From the NCBI GenBank assembly GCA_964036045.1, contig OZ038378.1, positions 59,148,001 through 59,212,000 on the forward strand: a stretch of 64,000 bases of DNA, in the 5' to 3' direction. Both the position numbers and the translations under genes were made by a program. The notes under the pieces were generated by a model that saw only the letters and a list, made by a program, of their open reading frames with translations, was not told the origin of the DNA and ran no database searches. Below, one piece after another: positions 58,727-64,000 of the stretch. The first letter of the stretch is position 1. Every line of letters begins with the position of its first letter. Origin of the DNA: Eutreptiella sp. 'Long Island Sound 2002'. Taxonomy: Eukaryota; Protista; Euglenida.

Positions 58727-59303
58727 TAATGCTGAGACAAGAAAACGGTTATGTAGGAGTGTATGGTGTACTACTCATGAACAACGACAATTGCAAGCTG
58801 GCCCAAATTTCGGCAAGGTGTGCTCAAAGGGGAAATAATTGCTTAAATGTTCAAAAATAGGAAAAGCGTGCCGAAATTTCGGCCAGACCGCCCAAAAACC
58901 AGAATATAAGTGCTTGAATAGTGAACACACCAAAAAGCTGGCCGAAATTTTGTCGAGCCCTGAGAAAAACCAAAATAACTATGCCTATTCACTAGGAAAC
59001 CAAAAAGCTGGCCGAAATTTCGGCCAGAAGGGTCAAAAACTGCATATACACATAGTTGTTTGCAATGTTATCCAAAAGCTGGCCTCATTTTCGGCCAGCT
59101 TCACAAAAACGTCAAATACAACACACTAGAAGACGGGGATACACAAGGCTAACACATCAACACGTATTTCAACGGGTGTCACACAGCTCTGTCAACAACT
59201 TTGGTCACATACGTCAAATAACATACTCAAAGTAGAAATGTAGAATATTGTCACATCGCGCGTATACGGGGTCCTAGAGGGTGGGCAACTTGTGACGCCT
59301 AAG

Positions 59304-59536
59304 CCAAAAGCTGGCCTCATTTACTGCCCGCTGCAGAAAAACGTCAAATATAACACACTAGAAGAAGTGGATACACAAGGCTAACACATCAACACGTATT
59401 TCAATGGGTGTCACACAGCGCCGCCAACAACATTGGTCACATATGTCAAATAACATACTCAAAGCAGAAATGTAGAACATTTCTCACATGGTGCGTATAT
59501 GGGGTCCTAGAGGGTGGGCAACTTGTGACGCCTAAG
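59304..59536. mobile_element. Right terminus of an older related element into which the 6.4-kb transposon inserted
   Basis: Near-copy of 59072-59303 ending in the same TIR (59517-59536). Joined to 52892-52921 across the TSD it rebuilds the internal sequence cacatagttgtttgca.tgtta.CCAAAagctggcctcattt. Confidence 0.85.
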
Positions 59537-60889
59537 CGTTTGTCATGGAGATGGGTACCCCCATCTCCCGTGCCCGGTCCCGCACCACCACCACCACCAC
59601 CATTACCACCACCACCACCACCCCTACGAACTCCACCATCAAACCCAAGAGTAGATGTCGGAGCCTGAGTAGGACTCGTACGTCAAGATGGAGGAGGAGT
59701 GGGAGTGGGAGTGGCGGGGCAAGGAAGGGGCGTACGTGGGGCCAGGGAAAGCGGAAGAGACGGACTGGTTGTAGCAGTACGAGCGACCACTCGCAAGGGA
59801 GGAAGCAATGGCCGGATCCGGTCCAATGCAAACCGAACCAAGTAGGGCCCCTGTGTGTTCCGTGTTCTGCAAGTCCCCCCACTATGATTTGGATCAGGCT
59901 TCCAGAGGCGCCGGGTGCGTTTTCCGCATCATCCTCGTCCCGTTTTTGTGCTTCCGGTCATGCCTCTGGGAGCGGTTGCACTGTCCTGCACCACGCTTTT
60001 GGCGTCCCCGCTACAGGCTCCCGCGCCAACAGGGACCGGAGCATCAAGCTGGTGGAGCAGAGGAGGTCGCCGGTTCCCGTGAAGACTGAAGAGACTGTGA
60101 CGGAATCTGCCGAAGAGAATGTGATGTTGGAAGTAGGTGTGACTTCGTGTTCTGTCGGCGGGCACTTTGCGCGGGTTGCATTACTGTGCCTCTGACCAGG
60201 CTTCTGGGAGCGGTCGCTGCATTATGCGCGTGATCCGCGTCATTTTCGCCCTACTTTGGCCATGCTTCTGGAATTGTTACGCTCGTTATTGCCATTCTGC
60301 GCGTTCTGTGTGCTGTCCACATTCTGCAGTAACACCCCAGAAGAAGATGACGGCCGTCGGGACCTACTTTCGAGAGTCAAGTGACCTGGCCAACGCCGGG
60401 TTCAACAGAGTCCGCGGCCTCCTGGCCGGATGCCGACGAGGACGTCGGCCGTAAGCCTGCATGGGGCAGCCCAATGCCAGCACCCCTTACCCAACAGCCC
60501 CCCCACTGGTGGCAACGCGGGGGTGGTGCTTCATCGACTGTCCCTTGGACCGGCCACAAACGGCCCCACAGTGCTGTGAGTTGATTATTACACGACCAGA
60601 GGTCCCAGCCAACCCGCATGGCGGGAAGGGGGAGAGACAACATTAACAGATACATGTTTTCTTTGGAAAAAGAATGTGACCCACCGCTTTCTGCGCTGTC
60701 TGTGTTTTGTGTGCTCTGTTTTGTGCGCCTCTCCCATGCTTTTGAAAGCTAATGGGTGCGTTGTACGCGTTTTCCGCGTTATGTACATTCCGGTTAGTGT
60801 GCCTCCCAACGTGCCTCTAGAAGCTGCACAACCTGTGTTCCGCGTATTTCCCGTGTACTGTGTCTCTCATCATTGTTATCAACATCATT

Positions 60890-61495
60890 GTAGTGCACTT
60901 TGAAATGCCCCTTAGTCTCGCAGCTGGTCGCCTCCGCAAGAAGGATTGTGCTGCTTCAATCGAGTACGGTTTACGACCTAGGGAGTCAAAAGTTGATGAG
61001 CTGGACACGGATGGTATATGGAACTACATGATGAAGCCCATTGTGGATGCCTAGGAGGCCGTCCTCTGAGCGCGGGAAAGGGACGACCTCATCCGCCTGG
61101 TACCACGGTACAACACCTTCTTGCTATTGCTAGGCATGGTGCGGCCCATGCAGGTAGATGGTGTTTGGGACAATGATGGGTTGGTGTACAATGCCTATCT
61201 AGCACGCTTGCTATCTTGGGGGCAATACTATGATCTACACAAACATTGTCACCCGGACGCGCTGGACATCATTGAGGCGGCTAGTGCCCATTGGGCTGCA
61301 CCATGGACCATGGGTGGCGCGGCCACAGGGGAGGAAACCCCAGTGCCGCATACGGGCCTTAGGGCAATCCCCCTCAAGATGTACATTGTGCGGAAACAGC
61401 ACAACACCGGCATCAAGCTCTATTGCTTGGCTGATGCCGGTACGGAGTACATCGTGGACGTCCACCTTTACACTGGGCGCCGCGTGGGGTGCGTC
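60890..61495 (+). pseudogene. piggyBac-family (DDE_Tnp_1_7) transposase remnant
   Basis: FLLLLGMV..VW..LSWGQY, TGEETPVPHTG (degenerate DE.MV.F.G), YIVRKQHNTGIKLYCLADAGTEYIVDVHLYTG; in-frame stops are present. Confidence 0.78.
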
Positions 61496-61679
61496 GGTAG
61501 AAGGTGTGCGCAAGAAGCCCCCCGTTCTAGCGCCCTTTTTGCATGATTACCCGAGCCACACCACCTTGTGTGGTTGCAAAGTGGTCCGAGGCCAATCACC
61601 ACATGTTTACGCCCCTTTTGGTGGCTGATTTCCACTTTTGTCCGAGGCGGTCTGTGTTGCCGGATTTTCTACACCCCCC

Positions 61680-61830
61680 CCTTTTGATGCCCCTCTAGCA
61701 CCTTTTTGCACCCTTTCTGCACCCTTTGTGCGCCCTTTGTGCGCCCCCCTTTCTGCGCTAGAACCCCTTTGTGCACCCTCTCTGCACAGCCTTTGTGCGT
61801 TGGAACCCCCTTTTCTGCACCCTTTCTGCG
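61680..61830. repeat. Short CCCTTT(G/C)TGC(A/G)C degenerate tandem repeat
   Basis: About 8 related 11-12-nt units. Confidence 0.6.
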
Positions 61831-62464
61831 GGGGGGGGGGTTTGCGCCAAGGAATTTTGCAAGAGTGGCACCAAATGCATCCACCGGGTTCAAATTTGGT
61901 TTCTCAAGGGTACATACAGTGCCTTTTTCTTTGGTTCTGTGTGGCCTCGCCAAGGGCAAGCCTTTGCCGGGCCGCTCGGTGTCGTAACCCCGGGTCAAGG
62001 GTCTCCATGTTCAATACATGGGTGAGACCACGTCGTGAAACGCGTGGGCGGCGAAGGCACCGCCCACGCATGCTGTTTTTGACAGCAAGTTTGAAAGGCT
62101 TATGCCTGTGTTCCGCATCATCGTCGTCTCCTTCCACCTCAATCACAGCTTCCACCTTCCAGCTTCCACCTTCATGCCGCTCGTTGTCGCCACATTGAGC
62201 TCCAGAACCTTGTACCACGGCGTTTGAGTAGACTGGTACATGAGCTCGGCCATGGCCCCCGGCTTCGCTGCTGCACTCGTTGGCCAAGTCACCACCTCGC
62301 GGGCCTGCCACGTGACCCACACGCTATCCACCACACATGCTGCACTGTCCCCTCGCGCCCGCGGCTCGGCCACCGAGTCGTCCCGCTGTACCAGTTGCGG
62401 CCAGATATCCACAGTAGCTTGAAAGAGGACGGAATGCAGATGAAACGGGTGATACGATACTTGC

Positions 62465-62670
62465 TGGAACCCCTGCTGGAACCATTGCTGGAACCCCTTT
62501 CGGTGATGGAACCCGTGGCTGGAACCCTGCTCGAATCCCCCTTCCAGCTCTGGAACCCCTTCCAGCGGACCCTTCCAGTGCTGGAACCCCTTCCAGCACC
62601 TTTCTGGCACACTTCCAGTAGACCCTTCGGGCGCTGGAACCCCTTCCAGCGACCCTTTCAGGCAACCTTC
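62465..62670. repeat. CTGGAACCCCTTCCAG degenerate hairpin-like tandem repeat, probably intronic
   Basis: About 10 copies; they lie between a minus-strand donor CAG|GTATGAG (about 62737) and the candidate acceptor TTTCAAG (about 62419). Confidence 0.75.
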
Positions 62671-62876
62671 CAGCACCCCCCCCCCCCGACGCCTGGTTTG
62701 CCCAAAGGTTCCGCCCCACCACACTGCAGGCTCATACCTGTTGGCAAGGGCACCAGTACTCCTTCGGGCGCTGAGGGTTGGCCACCAGAAGCCCCGATTG
62801 GACCCGGATAGACGTGTCAACGATGCGCGGGTGCGTGCCGGCAACATCCCATCGAAGTACTTGGGCGACCGGGGGG

Positions 62877-64000
62877 TTAGCGGTGTCTTTCACCTCTGCC
62901 ATCCCACCCAAGGGCATCATCACCAGAGCCGCAAACGCGCAAAGATCCTCCCACGATCTTCTGCGTCCCCAGGTCCTCATCGTCTTCTTGTGCTCCCTCG
63001 GCTGACATCGCCACGGCCTCCACAGCACGTCCAAGGGCGGCCTTCACAGCAGGTCCAGGGGCCGCCTCCATAGCAAGATCCTCAGAATCCCGCTCACAGT
63101 CTTCACAGAGTTGCCAGACATGTACAGCACAAAGAGGACGTTCGTCACAGGCGAAACACTTCGCTGGCGGGTCGGCCTTCACCACGCGGTTGCACGGCGC
63201 TGCTGTACAGTGCACGACCTTCGGGGACGGTAGCGACGGTTGTTGCGCGGGCCTTCAGCCCAGGGTGGCAGATAATCGGCACGGTGGTCTCATAGTTGAC
63301 GCGGCGTGTGGCAATGGCGGCAAAGGCGATGATACGGGTTGATCCAGGCAGCGCATCTCGCGGGACCATCCCACCACGGTGAATGACGTAACTGCTCAGG
63401 ATCCATAGGTCGCCCGCCAGCATACTCATGGAGACCTCCTGCCACGGATAGGGTACACAAGAGCTAGAACCGTATTCGAACATGTTCTCGCGGCCGTCCA
63501 TGGGGCAGTCCCAATTCACAGGCATGAAGCAGGAGAAGGTGTGCTCCACCCCAACGGTTTGCAAATCCAGCGGCAGATCCCGATGCCATAGTTCTGGCTG
63601 ATCCGACGTTGCCCGGACGTACCCAACCTTCACCAAGAACAGCCCCGGGTACTTCGTAGAGAGGCCTTGCAGAACTCTTTGCGCCCAAAGTACAATGTGA
63701 GGAAGCTGAAGACCTTCTTGACCCCTATTGGCCGTCGGAATCACCGCGTACACCGCAGCCCTGTCACCTGGATCGGGTGGCGGATTTGGGCTTGGCCATG
63801 CCACGTTGAAGATGCCGCCCCACCTCTGACCCACGTTGTCCGCCTCGATCTTCATGTTCGCCAGCATGTCGCCATCCCTCGCCAGGAACTCCTCCTTGAA
63901 CACGTGCCCCGTCCAACCAAACTCCGAGAGTTCCTCGTTTGCTTCCCGGAAGATGTCCGGCTCCTTCTCCGGTTCGCTTGTCCCAATGAGCGGCAAGGCG
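62877..64000 (-). pseudogene. 2OG-Fe(II) dioxygenase (PhyH-like double-stranded beta-helix) followed after frameshift(s) by a Cys/His-rich Zn-binding domain; 5' end lies beyond the window
   Basis: QPELWHRD (HxD), FSCFMPV, AGDLWILSSYVIHRGG (distal His), TRIIAF (2OG-binding Arg), then CTAAPC..CFAC..LCAVH..LCEDC. Confidence 0.72.

Larger units (their letters stand above)
53345..59098. repeat. Dispersed perfect 20-bp palindrome CTGGCCGAAATTTCGGCCAG, about 13 copies
   Basis: Copies start at 53345, 53578, 54911, 55309, 56268, 56335, 56406, 58140 (inside the CDS), 58798, 58868, 58938, 59008 and 59079; a half-site is at 59311. Confidence 0.95.
52922..59303 (-). mobile_element. 6,382-bp cut-and-paste DNA transposon with perfect 20-bp TIRs and a 5-bp TSD (CCAAA)
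   Basis: CTTAGGCGTCACAAGTTGCC at 52922-52941 and its reverse complement at 59284-59303; CCAAA at 52917-52921 and 59304-59308; two genes inside. Confidence 0.88.

Noticed and set aside
58798-59098. CRISPR-like array (20-bp palindromic repeats at 70-bp period)
   Set aside because: The spacers share AAAAAC and CCAAAAG motifs, so this is a degenerate 70-bp minisatellite. The repeat also occurs singly in introns, the context is eukaryotic and there are no cas genes.
59540-60660. Several 60-216-aa ORFs on both strands
   Set aside because: They are driven by CCA repeats and GC-rich sequence with no domain motifs; possibly decayed piggyBac 5' region, but unsupported.

Overview
This is repeat-rich eukaryotic nuclear DNA (GT-AG introns, no operons, no rRNA, tRNA or CRISPR seen); the organism cannot be determined from the sequence. 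One intact host gene is well supported: a minus-strand nucleoplasmin-like (NPL) acidic histone chaperone of 225 aa. Its two exons (34143-33857 and 4300-3910) are separated by a 29,556-bp intron that splits the VHLTG/YY motif. The intron holds a near-intact 5.6-kb APE-RT-RNaseH-CCHC non-LTR retrotransposon flanked by 1.2-1.4-kb direct repeats built around long (ACACC)n arrays. It also holds several decayed relatives of that element, an L1-like zf-RVT plus RNase H fragment and a Harbinger/ISL2EU transposase remnant. Upstream of the gene is a 12-kb array of 1.79-kb units, one of which has an in-place inversion. Next is a 6,382-bp DNA transposon with 20-bp TIRs and a 5-bp TSD, inserted into the end of a relative. 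It carries a DDE-type transposase, a spliced gene with a ParB/Srx-like domain and about 13 copies of the 20-bp palindrome CTGGCCGAAATTTCGGCCAG. The window ends with a piggyBac remnant and a decayed 2OG-Fe(II) dioxygenase plus Zn-finger gene. The two strongest novelty candidates are the ParB-like/palindrome transposon and the terminally redundant, microsatellite-tailed LINE. All family assignments come from motif recognition by eye and need HMM or structure searches.
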